Source: Eledone cirrhosa
Lineage: Eukaryota
Assembly (NCBI GenBank): GCA_964016885.1
Contig: OZ024745.1
Coordinates: forward strand, 74,648,001 to 74,712,000
DNA: 64,000 nucleotides
Direction: 5' to 3'
The notes below the pieces were generated by a model, which saw only the letters and a list, made by a program, of their open reading frames with translations, was not told the origin of the DNA and did no database searches. This document shows positions 50,241-62,582 of this stretch, one piece after another; the stretch's first letter is position 1, and the number at the start of each line of letters is the position of its first letter. The position numbers were made by a program, and so were the translations under genes.

Positions 50241-51341
50241 GCGACGCTGAAAGTAAATGTCACAAGAGACCAGGGACTACAAGGAACGGACGAGACTACC
50301 CCTCTAGTGGTGGTCAAAATGGAACGTACTAAAAATCCACTCATCATCTCGTAGTGCTGGCTGGACAAACAAAGACAACTAGAGAGGACCTTCTCGTCAT
50401 GTGAAGTACCTAACAAGATATATAGTGTTGGTGCTACTAAAATGCGCCTGTTACAATCTGTAAAGTAGGTGTCGATTGAACGGAGACAATAAAAAGTATA
50501 GGAACTTGTTCTTAGCTAAATAGTTATCCTGCAGCTGTCTAACTAGGTAGATGTCATCTGTAGTGTATCTCTCTGACATAAAGCCAAACATCTCATCAAA
50601 ACAATCTCTAGTGCTAGTGCTGCAATAAAACTCGTCTAATAAAATCTGTAGAGTACTAGTGTTAGTACCATGATAAAATATATCTCATATACTCTGTGAA
50701 ATGTTGATAAAATATACCCCGTACAACCAATAAGGTGGCTGACATTAGGAAGGGCATCGAACCATAGAAACTATGCCAAATATGGGATGTAGGCAGAACG
50801 TGATGCTTCTCCGACTCGTTTAGTCGCGAACTGTGACAACACATCCAGCTTATGCCAGTATGGAAAGCAGGCGCTAAATGATGATGATAGAATAAATACC
50901 AAGCATGAAACATTAAATTTTACCTAACTTCAACTATAAGCATTAATGTTCACTATAACTATAAACATTAATGTTCACCTAACCATGATAAAATTATAAA
51001 CATTAATATTCTCCATAACATGATATAGGTATAAACATTAACGTCCACCATAAAATATATAACGTGACCTTACCATTAAAAATTTAAAGTATCTGAAATG
51101 ACCACAATAAGTAGACGGTGTCTCTAAGATTTTTTTTTCCATACGAGAATAGTACCGGTGTCGTACGTTCAAAAATAACTTTAACTATTTTAATTCGTTC
51201 TGTAAATTGTATCCAACACATAGTAAAACAAATATAGACATTAACAAACAAAATAACTATTACATTTATTTTATTAAAAATTGAAAGGATTAGGGTTACA
51301 AGAAACGAGCTAGTCAGAGCAAGATTATCTTTAATTATAGT

Positions 51342-51524
51342 TTGGCAGTATAGGTAGAGGGTTGGACGCCATGCTTTGCAGCAAAGAGTTACGGCCCTTT
51401 ATGGTCTGAGTTCAAATCCCGCCGAGGTTAACTTGCCTTTTATCCTTACGGGGTCGATAAAATAAAGTACCAGTAATACACTGATATAATTGCTGGCCTT
51501 GTGCCAAAAGTAGAAACAATTATA
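51342..51524 (+). mobile_element. tRNA-derived SINE
   Basis: Near full length, flanked by AATTATAGTT on both sides. Confidence 0.9.
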
Positions 51525-51768
51525 GTTGTGCTCCATTTGTCTGACCTGAACTCAACAACATCGTTTGTTCAATTTGTTATTTAAAACGAATAATCCTAGA
51601 ACAAACGGAGGAAAGTATCAAAGGAACCTCAACATTTTATAGGGCTTACTATTGAATAAATTTATATAATATATAATGAAAATGAGCTGTTATGAACCAT
51701 CTTCAGTTAAATCAACATACACTGCAGTAGATAATACAGATACGCGATAGAAGGCCATGAAGCAAGTA

Positions 51769-52270
51769 TGTAGCGAAACCTATCCACACATTGACCTCCG
51801 GGTGACATTTAACGGTCATTTTCTAGGTTAGCTCCTTGTCGCGCCAGTGGTTTGAGGTAGCAGGTCACTTTGGGGTGAAGATAGGTTCTCAGGGCAGTCG
51901 AACAGTAATCTTCCTACGGTAAACACAGCAGAGTCTTGCTCTGGTCTCCGACTGGAGACGCATATTTTTGTTTACCCATCAAACCACTAACAAGATGTGG
52001 TCCTTGGCAAAAATACACCTCGGGCCTGCCTGTGAGCAGGGTCACAAGAAATAACAGCCAGCCACTTCTATAAGGCAAGTTACCTTGTGTCGCTGCCCAC
52101 AAACATATCTCACGCACTTTTCCGCGTACACAGTTTCTCCTTGTTTGTTCTTCATGCCTGTTGACTGTAACAAATGTTAATTCAAGTGCTTTCGTCGTGA
52201 TACGCTGATAAATAAATAATATATATGGGCAAAAAACTATGCTATAAACTTTCCTGGGTGGGATGTGACA
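51769..52270 (+). mobile_element. Possible solo LTR
   Basis: Begins TGTAGCG where unit homology ends; GC-richer, with TATAA at ~52069, AATAAA at ~52211 and ending ...GTGACA; single copy, no TSD. Confidence 0.3.
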
Positions 52271-52334
52271 ACAGGCTGGGTGGAATAGGAATTAAGTTAG
52301 CATAAAAATGGGGAGATAAGGTAATTGTGCATAT

Positions 52335-54460
52335 AAATAAATTTACAGAAGAATAACATAACAAATATGTTTTAAATATATACATAAATAACATTACAAA
52401 TGCTTAGACAACATTATAAATAGCTCGCGATTCTTTCAGAAAGATATATTCTTTTAATGTTACAATATTAAAGATAAAGTAAAGGAAAGGGTGAACAACG
52501 GAGCCAACACCAGAGCAAAAGACAGCAACGTCGCGAGTACTGGGCAACCTCTCTAATGATTTTTGAGACAAGCCAGCACACTCGCAGCGTTGCCTCGGGT
52601 GATGGCGAGGCTGATGCGCTGAAACAGCCAAGCGCCCTCGCGAGATTCGCCAGTTACCTCTATTAGGCGAGCCGCCAGTGAATAGAGGAACCTTGCAGTC
52701 AGCCGCCCAACTCCCCCAAACGTCTCGAAAACCACAGGCTGAAAAATGTAGCTGGTCAACAGATCAGAGTATTTGAGGGTCTTACTCCACTCGGCTGCAG
52801 AAGCTGTGGCTCTCGTCCTAACCGCAGCATCCAGGATGTGGGAAAGAGCAAAAGAGTCACTAAAAGCCTTTCAACCTAGAGCACAGGGCAAGACCGTCGG
52901 GTCTTTTGCCGTCACTTCTGGACAACCCAGGTGGTTCCAAGACTGAGGGGATATTCGGCCAGGCCAAAGCTCTCTTCAGAATGAGGTTTAGCTCCGTGTG
53001 ACGCGGCCGGCATTCAGGCAACAAGAAAGACCGTGGAGTCGAGGAGTTTGCCGCATTGGCACCTCAAACCCATGCAGACGTCAGCTCCTGATCTGACTGG
53101 ACGAAGAGGGAGTCGAAGGTGGCCTTCGAACTTATGCTGTCCCAAGTTCTCTGACTTCGACTGTCCTCCACCTTCTCAGGAAGAGACAAGCCCACACTCA
53201 CTCCATTGCTGGAGAGCTTCACCCAACTCCCTGTTGGAACTAGTCCATGTTGGAGAGGAGAGGATGCTGCTCACCAGGGTGGAGCAAGCGTGGGTGGAGG
53301 AAAGGAAGCAGGGGAGAGAGAGGGACGAAGACCAAGACCCCCAATTCGCGGGACTCCGAAGAGAGTCTAGCATTGACCAGGCACTCGAGTCTCTCGAAGA
53401 TTAGGTCGTCGAAGCGTTGGAGGCAAGACGGAAATCTGTGTGAGAGGCTGACCCTGAGCAGATACAGAAGCTTAGGAATAGAGGAATAGACAGGTAGTTC
53501 CTGAGTATGAAGAAACATTGATGGGGTTCGATAACTTTGATATTCCTCAGCAGCTGCTCAAGGCCAACCATCTTCGATTGGAAGGTTGACTCGAAGGCCA
53601 GGTCTGTGATTGGGGCTCCTAAGGAGCACCAAGCCAACGGGGGAGGGACCATGATGGAAGGGAAGGACTCTGCGAACAGGTCAATCAGCTGTTGAGAAGC
53701 CGGGTGGTTGAGGATCCATAGCTCACATTTGGAGCTACTGATCTGGAGACCCCAGCGGCCAAGCTCCTCCACCATCTTGTTGGCAGTGGCGAGAACCATA
53801 TCCGGAGTTCCCCCCCAAAACAGGCGTCGTCGAGGTACCAGACATTGAGGTCCAACTCAACCCCCATCTTGGTGACGTCATCAATGCCCAGTGCAAACAG
53901 AGCGGGCCCGAGAGGGTCACCCTGTTGGACTCCTGAGGCAGAGGTGATGATCTGGTCACTGAAAGAGAGGTAGGAGGGCTCCCGATAAGCCTGCCAAGCA
54001 AAGTGGTAGAGTTGCGGGACCGTCTCTCTTACTGAGCCGAGGACAATGTCGCGGCTGACGGAGTTGAAGGCATTCCTGATGTCAAGTTTGAGGATGACCT
54101 TGGGGGACGAGGAGGGCAAGTTGGTAAATGCTCTGGTAGCGTGGACAGCAGCCTCACATCCCAGCTGGATGGGGGAAAATTCCTCCGCCAGTGAGTCGGA
54201 GACCAACAGCAAACACGCCTTTCCAGTGAGGCAGCGAAGAGTGCAGCCAACCGCAATGGGGTGCAGGTCCCCATTGGGCTTGGTGGGACCAAATAGCTTC
54301 GCACCGAAGAACAATGGGCGGATGAACGGGAGAACGTTCACTGAAGAGAACTGATTCACAAACTGAGTCAGACTCTCCAAGAGCTCAAGTCCGGCGTCAC
54401 CGGCCGATAAGGAGAGACCATCCTTGAGGTGTTGAGGCGAAGGCCATCAATTCCCGCACC
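52335..54460 (-). mobile_element. CRE-like non-LTR retrotransposon, 5'-truncated: RT, Cys/His knuckle, RLE and 3' UTR
   Basis: PIAVG.TLR, GCEAAVH, KLDIRNAFNS, GVQQGDPLGPALF, WYLDD; RCQCG..HGLSC; [12 protein letters not shown]; FETFG...FQRISLAI.RGNAA. Confidence 0.9.
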
Positions 54461-54549
54461 TTTCTGATGATATCGGTGGTGTAAACCAGTTTTGAGTATT
54501 CTGGTGGTTCGGGCTAGTGTAGCTGATCATCTGGGGGTGCCGATGGGTG

Positions 54550-55520
54550 TTGTAAATAGAGTGAACGACAGAATCATTAAAGTTAGACTAGTTCTAAATA
54601 GAACAACCTTGTCAATAATATCCGCTTATGCACCCAATCTGGTCTACCAGACGATATAAAAGACAATTTCTATGAATCGCTAATGCAAACTACCTCCCAA
54701 ATAACCAACAGTGACTACATAATTTTTGCTGGCAACCTTAATGGTCATGTTGGACCACATTGTGATGGCTATGACAGGATCCATGGAGGTTATGAGTTTG
54801 GTACTAGAAACGAGGCAGGCTTCAGGATCCTGAAATTCTGTGATGCTAATGACCTAACTATCTGTAACACAAACTTCAAAGAACGAGACAATCACTTGAT
54901 CACCTATAGAGCAGGGGAACACATCAGCCAGATAGATCTTATCCTTATTAGAAGACGAGACAGAGTGTCTGTTATAAACACTAAGTCCCTCCTTCGTGAA
55001 AAATGCACCTCTTGACATAGCCTAATAGTTAGCGGCCTCATAGTCAGGACTAGATGTACTCGACGACAGAGGACTACCTTGAGGAGAAGAATGTGAAGTT
55101 GAAGGACCCCCACAACCAGTAACAAATCTAAAGACATATTACTTGATTCTTTTGGCAGTAAGGAAGACATACAATATAGAGGAACAGTGGGAATTCCTGA
55201 AAGTTAACTTCCTGAAGGTTACAGATGGAATCTGTGGCTGGGGCAAACCTTTAGGCAGGAGGAGAGTTACTTGGTGGTGGAACAGTAGATTGGAGGAGAC
55301 AATCAAGGCCAAAAGGCAAGCTTGGAAAGAATGGGGGAAGTAGAGACCACTATCAGGTGGCTAGGAGAGAAGCTAGGCGACACGTGTACTTTGCACGAAG
55401 GGAAGCAGAGGATAGAAAGTTCAAGCATGTTCTACAATGCGAGGACCAAAAATGTGAGGTGTTCAGGATTGCAAGACAATGTGTCAAGGAAAATTGTGAT
55501 ATTGTCAGGGAGAAGTATAT
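54550..55520 (+). mobile_element. RTE fragment (APE region), related to 14097-17115
   Basis: DRIIKVRL...SAYAP, GN.NGHVG, NTNF, QIDLIL, TWWWN. Confidence 0.85.
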
Positions 55521-58130
55521 AGCAGGCACTATTTTATCGCTGCGGAGTAATTTGGTCGTGCTTTGTCACTCACCAGCCCTTAGGGTTGGCAGTTTATGAA
55601 ATCAAAAGATGACTTCCGCTCAGCAGTTGTTTCGCGCCTTTTTTCAGTTCTAGCTAGCAGTTGCACTTTTCATTTCGTCGACACCAGCACCTCACAAATG
55701 GCTTTCCCGGTCTATGCACCATCTTTCAAAACTATCCACCAGTTGCGTTTTGGAGTCGTCGACTAGCAGCTTGTGATGGCTTCCCTACTCCTGTGACTTT
55801 GCTCTCTAGCAATGAGAGTAGTTTCATTATATGGCTTTTAGGAGATTTAGTGTAACCGACAACTTCGTTCCAAAGTACTTGCCTTTTAGAGATTTGTCAT
55901 TACATGTCAGCTTTGTTACACAAAATCTTTGTACCATTTCACACCCTTTGTACATGCGTTCACGTCAAGCAAAAATAAATCTTTATTATGTTTAACTATG
56001 CCTTCTGATCTTTTCCGTCACCATGAAATATGAACATCATTATTACATCTCTCAAGTTGGTCATATATTCCATTTTTGGCATGGTTTTTACAGCTGGTGG
56101 TATGTACCAACTTCCTTTACTCGTGGCACCAGTACTACTCCTTTACTGAATGGGCTGTATGCATTTTATTGTAATACTAACACTTCCTCTTTCTAGTGTC
56201 AGCTGAGAGCTAAGTACCTTTTATTGTGGAACTAGCACTACCACATATCAATACTAGGGTGTTTATATCCTTGTCATAAAGGTAGTCAGAGCAAGTGGAG
56301 CTACTGATCTCTCAGATGGGCTGGGTGCCTGCCTCTTGCTTACTAATTTTCATACACTCTACTGATTGCACCTGGTTCATTTCATCATAGCACCCTCTAA
56401 GATAAAGGAGGATGTATCTTGCTTCTATGTTTCTGTGCTCTACTGAGTGCATTTTAGCACGGCACCAACACTAGGTAGGTTGCCATTTCTTTGACTCAGC
56501 TAAGGAGTCCACCCAACACTTTATTTGGCTGGTTATCAATAGCTTGTTGCTTGCCATGTCATCAAACACTTTACAGAGTATGCTGGGTGTGTTTATTGAG
56601 TGTCACCTACACTAGAGTTGTTGTGAACTTGACACAACTGAAGAGTCCTCATGTCCTTTTTTTGGCAGAGTTTTTACAGATGTATGTCCTTCCTATCACA
56701 AACCACCTTTCAGAATATACTGGGTGCATTTTTCATGGCACCAGCACAAGAGAGGTTATAGTGTTGTAACTGAAGGGTTCTTTCAGCACTTTTGGCATGT
56801 CTTCTATGGCTGGAAGCCCTTCTTAACACCAACCACTTCTAAAGAGGTTGTTGGTCACAGACTCAACTGAAGAGTCCTATCTACCATATTGGAGTGTTTA
56901 TAAATGTAGGTGTCAGTGAGAGTTTTCTGTCATAAAATACCAGCACAAAATGTACCATACAACCTATGTTATTATGGAAATGTTAACATAATATCATGAC
57001 AACAATGATGAGATAAATTTTATTAAACAAACAAAATATTTATTTATAAACTTTACACCTTTAAAGTATTTACAGTGGTGAATTAAATTTTAAAAACAGA
57101 CATTATCTTGCCCAGAAAATACTGATCAACAAATATTAGTTTATAAGATTTTTTATTAAAATAAAATTGATTTACATATAAATGTCAATATTATCTCACA
57201 AATTTCACTGATTAAATTTGAAATAAGTTTCTCAGTTATTTTATACTGGCAGACTTCTCCAGTACTTCATGTCACCAATCTTCATGGTCCTTTGTTATTT
57301 CTATTATGAGATTCAGCTTCATAAGTTTGGTCTTAACTACTTCATCCCATGTCTTTTTAGATCTAACTCTTCCACGTGTCCCATCCACTAAGATTTCTTG
57401 GCACGTGAGTATTCACTCCACATCTGATGCCATTTCCTCAAATAGAGACATGATGTCACTGAAGCCCTAGCTAAAGTGAGGGGCACCAAGTAATATTACG
57501 TAAGTAGGACACGTTGCATGGGCTTCTTTCCCCTTAGGTTGTCTTGTCCATCTGATATTTCTGTGGATATATGTCCTAGATTTTAGTCCTAGAGGTTAGC
57601 CAGGTCGGGCTCATGCAGATATATTTAGACATATAATGCTAGACAAGATCGATGATCGGAGCAGACCAATAAAGAAGTGCAGAGAAATCTCAGTAGATGA
57701 GACTTGTGGAAGAGATAGACTCAGGAAGACATGAGATGAGGTGGAAAGGACCTAACTTAAGAAGCTGAACCTCACAATCGATTAGAAAAGTCTGCAAAGA
57801 TTTGTGACATTCTGTGCTAGTGAAAACCTGCCTATCAAACAAAAACGTGACCTAACCTCAGCCATCCACATACTGCCTCTAACACCCCTTAGAAGCTATC
57901 CGACTATCACTGTACACTCCCACCTCTTTCGTGCCTCCTACAAACCACTCCCCTAGCCCCCGCAGTAGCTATTTCAACATCACTGTAGACCCTCACATCT
58001 AGTCTACCCAGGATCAACTTCACCCTGCTTAAATCCTACCACCCTCACTCCAAGATCTCTTCTTCCCTTCTAAAACACTGACACATCAATCATAACCCCT
58101 TAGTAGCTTTTATCACCACGGATAAAGGTC

Positions 58131-58222
58131 ACACCTAATTTCCTCCCTTCACGCTATCATCCACACCTAATTTCCTCCCTTCACACTATCATCCACCCTA
58201 ATTTTCTCCCTTCACACTATCA
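58131..58222 (+). repeat. Three-copy 32-bp tandem repeat
   Basis: ACACCTAATTTCCTCCCTTCACRCTATCATCC; single copy at the paralogous sites ~31870 and ~45185. Confidence 0.85.
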
Positions 58223-58569
58223 AATCCTACCATCCTACCATGTTTGGTACTCACCTACCCAAACTATAGGGTATAGAGGACTTTTTAATTGAGTCTGTGA
58301 CTAACAACCTCTCTAGTGTTGGTAATCTAGAGAATAAAAACACCCAGTACATTTTGTAAAGTGGTTGGTGATAGGCAGGTCATCCAGCCATAGAAACCTT
58401 GCCAAGCAAAAAGCCCCTGGACAATACGTCCAACACTTGCTAGCAGGAAAAACAGACATTCTACAATAATGATGATGATGATCTTTTTATCTCTATTTAT
58501 AAAAAATATTTTCAACTAATCTTCTAAATATTATCTTTCTCTTCTATATATTTCTTTTATGACTTTTGA

Positions 58570-58953
58570 ATAAAAATGATTTTTTACAAATTTCACATCT
58601 ATAAGGTGATTCCTCAATCTGTGTCTACATTTGTGGATTGTAAACAGACAATTTTCAATGAAATATTTCCCACATATTTTTCAATGAAACAGCTTATCTT
58701 CCAATATGGTTTCTAATATGTATTGTTAAACAACTGCTAAAGACAAAATATTTTTTAGATATTTCACAGTGGCAGGGCTTTTCACCCAAGTATGTATCCC
58801 ACATATTTAACAATGAAATGGTTTTTCTCCAGTGTGTATTCGTTTCTGTTTTGTTAACTCAGTTACAGTTAAAGGATTCTGCACATATCTCACAAATGTG
58901 TTCTTATGTGTCTGATTAAAATAGAATTATGATCAAAAGATTTTTCACATATT
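58570..58953 (-). pseudogene. Decayed zinc-finger units in the presumed 3' UTR of locus 5
   Basis: Out-of-frame CEICEKSFDHNSILIRHIRTH followed by further HTGEKPFHC-like remnants; similar remnants at 45730-46130 and 17850-17961. Confidence 0.75.
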
Positions 58954-60273
58954 TCACATTTTATTTCCATTGTGTGTTTTTTTGTGCCTTTTAAAATTAC
59001 TTTTATCAGAAAAGGATTTCCTGCATATTTGACAACAATATGGTTTTTCTCCAGTGTGTGTTCTTCTGTGGGTTTTAAGTTTGATATTTTCAGTGAAAGA
59101 TTTCCCACATATTTCACAGTAAAACGGTTTTTCCCCTGTGTGTATTCTTTTGTGGTTTTTAAGTTTGCCATTTTCAGGGTAAGATTTTCCACATATTTCA
59201 CAATGAAATGGTTTTTCCCCAGTGTGTATTCTTTTGTGTATAGTTAAATGACAGGTATAGACAAAAGATTTTCCACAGATTTCACAACAGACTTTTTCTC
59301 CAGTGTGTAATTTATTATGTGCTTTCAAGTGACTCTTAGTAATAAAGGATTTTCCACATATTTCACAATGATAGTTTTTTTCCCCAGTATGTCCACGTAT
59401 GTGGACAATGAGATGAGAATTCAGAGTGAAGGGTTTCCCACATATTTCACACTGATAGGGTTTTTCTCCAGTATGTGTTCTTTTGTGTGAGATTAAACTA
59501 TACTTACGGAGAAAAGTCTTCCCACATATTTCACAGTGGTAGGGTTCTTCCCCAGTGTGAATTCTTTTGTGTGAGGTTAAATTATTGCTAGAGACAAAAG
59601 ATTTCCCACATATTTCACAGTGATAGGGTTTTTCTCCTGTATGACTACGAATGTGGATAACAAGTTCTGAATTATTAACATAAGATTTCCCACATATTTC
59701 ACAGTGGTACAGTTTTCCCCCAGTATGCAGATTCTGATGTACTGTCAACCTACTATTACAAACAAAAGATTTCCCACATATTCCACAATGATAGGGTTTT
59801 TCTCCTGTATGACTACGAATGTGGATAACAAGACGTGTACTATTCACATAAGATTTACCACATATTTCACAGTGATAGAGCTTTTCTCCAGTGTGGATTG
59901 TTTTGTGTTGTGTTAACTTTTGGTTACAGACATAAGATTTCCCACATATTTCACAGCAGTAGGGTCTTCCTCCTGTGTGTAATCGTTTGTGTGATGTTAA
60001 ACTTCTGTTATAGACAAAAGTTTTCCCACATATTTTACAATGGTACAACTTTTCCCTTGTGTGTATTTCTTTGTGTGTGATAACTTCATATTCTGAAGAG
60101 AATGATTTACTACAAATCTCACAGCAATATTCACTAATCTTTCTCAGTACTGATATTTGTTCTGTAAATGTTTCATTACATAAAGGTTTCTCATCATTGT
60201 ATGTCTCTGTAACTGAATCTATATTGTTAAAAACTGTTTTATTAGAATTATCAAAGTGATTGACTTCATCCAT
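58954..60273 (-). CDS. Tandem C2H2 zinc-finger protein, 439 aa, 14 fingers (locus 5)
   Basis: Intact ORF; leader nearly identical to that of locus 2. Confidence 0.95.
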   Translation of the reverse strand: MDEVNHFDNSNKTVFNNIDSVTETYNDEKPLCNETFTEQISVLRKISEYCCEICSKSFSSEYEVITHKEIHTREKLYHCKICGKTFVYNRSLTSHKRLHTGGRPYCCEICGKSYVCNQKLTQHKTIHTGEKLYHCEICGKSYVNSTRLVIHIRSHTGEKPYHCGICGKSFVCNSRLTVHQNLHTGGKLYHCEICGKSYVNNSELVIHIRSHTGEKPYHCEICGKSFVSSNNLTSHKRIHTGEEPYHCEICGKTFLRKYSLISHKRTHTGEKPYQCEICGKPFTLNSHLIVHIRGHTGEKNYHCEICGKSFITKSHLKAHNKLHTGEKVCCEICGKSFVYTCHLTIHKRIHTGEKPFHCEICGKSYPENGKLKNHKRIHTGEKPFYCEICGKSFTENIKLKTHRRTHTGEKPYCCQICRKSFSDKSNFKRHKKTHNGNKM

Positions 60274-60979
60274 ATTAATTACTGAGGATTTCTTAAAAGC
60301 TGCAAGTTGTCTATAAGAATGAATCTATTATGGTTCTGTTTTTTGTCTTGGATATCATGGGACTCTCTTTACATCTGTGGAAATTATACAATGTGGATAT
60401 TTTTCCTACTTACTACAAGAATGTTTGTTGATGATTGAGTCCTGTCTATATAACCAACATAATCTTGTTGACAAAATGACTTCTATTGCTACTTTATGAA
60501 ATGTGGATATGAGGTGATGGATGCTATGTAAGTTAAATAAATATAAATGACTGGTAGCAGACGTTCTGAAGATATTGAGGATCTTCTACGACAGTTGGTG
60601 TAGTGGAAGGATCAGTTACCAGAACTGCAAAGTCAGAAAATATATGACAGTATAAGATTGATGTTTGAAAAACAAAATCAATGCATATATATGTGTGTGT
60701 GTGTGTGTGAATGTAGATATGTTCTTATAATCTTATAAATATGTTTAGTATCCATAGTATAATGCACAAAGTACTGGTTGTGATAAAAATTTAACTAGTA
60801 GGTTCTTTTTGCGTAAAGATTAGCTCATTTATTGGTGATTGAAATTTATTTCCCCTATCCAGTAAAATGAGGTGAAACCAATTCATAATGTAGCCCAGTT
60901 TACAAAGAAATACATATAATTATGAAGAAGAAGATATGTAAGCTTAAAGAGCCATCAAACACTGTCAGGTTTAGAGACT

Positions 60980-61922
60980 TACTTCATAAATACCTCAACA
61001 AGGACAATGAAGAAGTAAAGAGCTATAAAATGTAACAACTTATTGAGAGCCACATGTGAGGTTTGTGGATGGGGCAAGATACCAATCAGACAGAAGGTGA
61101 TATGGTGGTGAAACAGTATTGTAGATAGGGCTATAAAGGTTAAGAGACAGACTTGGAAAATTTGGAAGTTGGTGATAGCATTGAACAATACTAATTACAT
61201 AGAAGAGAAGCTACATGTCAGGTCAACTTAGAAAGATAGAAAACAGAAAGTAAGAAGTATGCTAATGTTTTGTAGCATGAGAATCAGAGGAAAGAAAATA
61301 TTTCAGATTGCAAGACAGTACACAAGAGAAAACCATGACATTAAAGGTGAGAAGTCAATATGGAATGACAGCAGCACACTTACCCTTATTGACACCTAAA
61401 TGAAAGATACATGGATATGAGGCTGGTAAATGAGGAGTCTATCCCAACTAAACCTAACTGATATGTCACTTTATGAGGCTGCTAAATGAGGAGTCTATAC
61501 CAACTCCCAAGGAGACCTAACTGAGAGATATGTCACTATATGAGGAGTATATCCTAGACCTAACAGAGATATGTCAATATATGAGACTGGTAAATGAGTC
61601 TATCTTAACTAGACCCAACTGGATGTGTACAAACCATTTACAAGGATATTGTTAGCAAAGTGAGAGTTAATACTGAATACAATGATGGAAATAATCTGCA
61701 AGTAAGAGTCCACCAAGGCTCAGTTCTAAGTCTTCTCTTGTTTATTATAGCCTTGCAGGTAATAACAGAAGATCTTAAGACTGGTTGGCTGCGGGAATTC
61801 CTGAATGCTGATGATCAAGCACTCACAGCCGAAGTTGCAAAAACAATTGGGGAAGTCCCAGACATGCAAATAAAATCGGGAATCAAGGCATCTTAACGTA
61901 AACCTAGCAAAGGCTAAAGTTT
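60980..61922 (+). mobile_element. Old RTE relic of unit D (resumes at ~63780-64000), with minisatellite at ~61415-61620
   Basis: Paralogous to 20810-22080. Confidence 0.8.
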
Positions 61923-61949
61923 CAATCCAATGAACAATACTCTTTCCAT

Positions 61950-62551
61950 TTTTTTTATCTAGCATTATTACTCCAAGATCCATTAAATTTCCCCCCCGTG
62001 TCAGCATATAGCATATCCAGATATGCTGTTGTAGGATGACCTCTACTTCTATTACCGTACACAGGTTTCCATAAAAGAACACAGCTGATGCACTTGTACC
62101 AAGTTACTTGCCTTTGGGACATTTGTAGGCTATGCGTGCATGATTTGGCTAAGTCAGGCCAATTGTGAGCCGCGCACAAATATATATTATCAACTTCTGC
62201 CCAAACAAAGATTTTTCCGCTTCTTTCATATATACACTCTCTTGCTGCTTGGACATTGAAAGGAAAGGACATTATTATGTAGCAGTGAGATCTTCACTTT
62301 GGCCTGTCGGTCTCCTTAGGCCTGGCACATGCCACATTCACTTCTTAACTCTTAATTTGTTTGTTCCTTTATTTGATATGTCAATCCAAAAACATGTAAG
62401 AATGTTATCGGAGACTTTACGACTGATTCCACAAACATTCACTTCTCTCACACTTAACAAACTGTTACATTAAAACTAAACCTCTAACTGCTATACTTTA
62501 GCCTAACAAAAACCATACCTTTCCTGCTACAACAAATATACATTATATTAA

Positions 62552-62582
<31 letters not shown>

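Larger units (their letters stand above)
41015..51765. repeat. Tandem duplication unit C
   Basis: 41030-41750 matches 56280-56990, 44120-46130 matches 57060-58950, and the upstream block matches units A, B and D. Confidence 0.8.

Noticed and set aside
52335-54460. Bacterial-type RT system (retron, DGR or group II intron) acting on the finger repeats
   Set aside because: RT motifs plus the C-terminal knuckle and RLE identify a eukaryotic non-LTR element; it is frameshifted, and no template/variable repeat pair with adenine-specific differences was seen.
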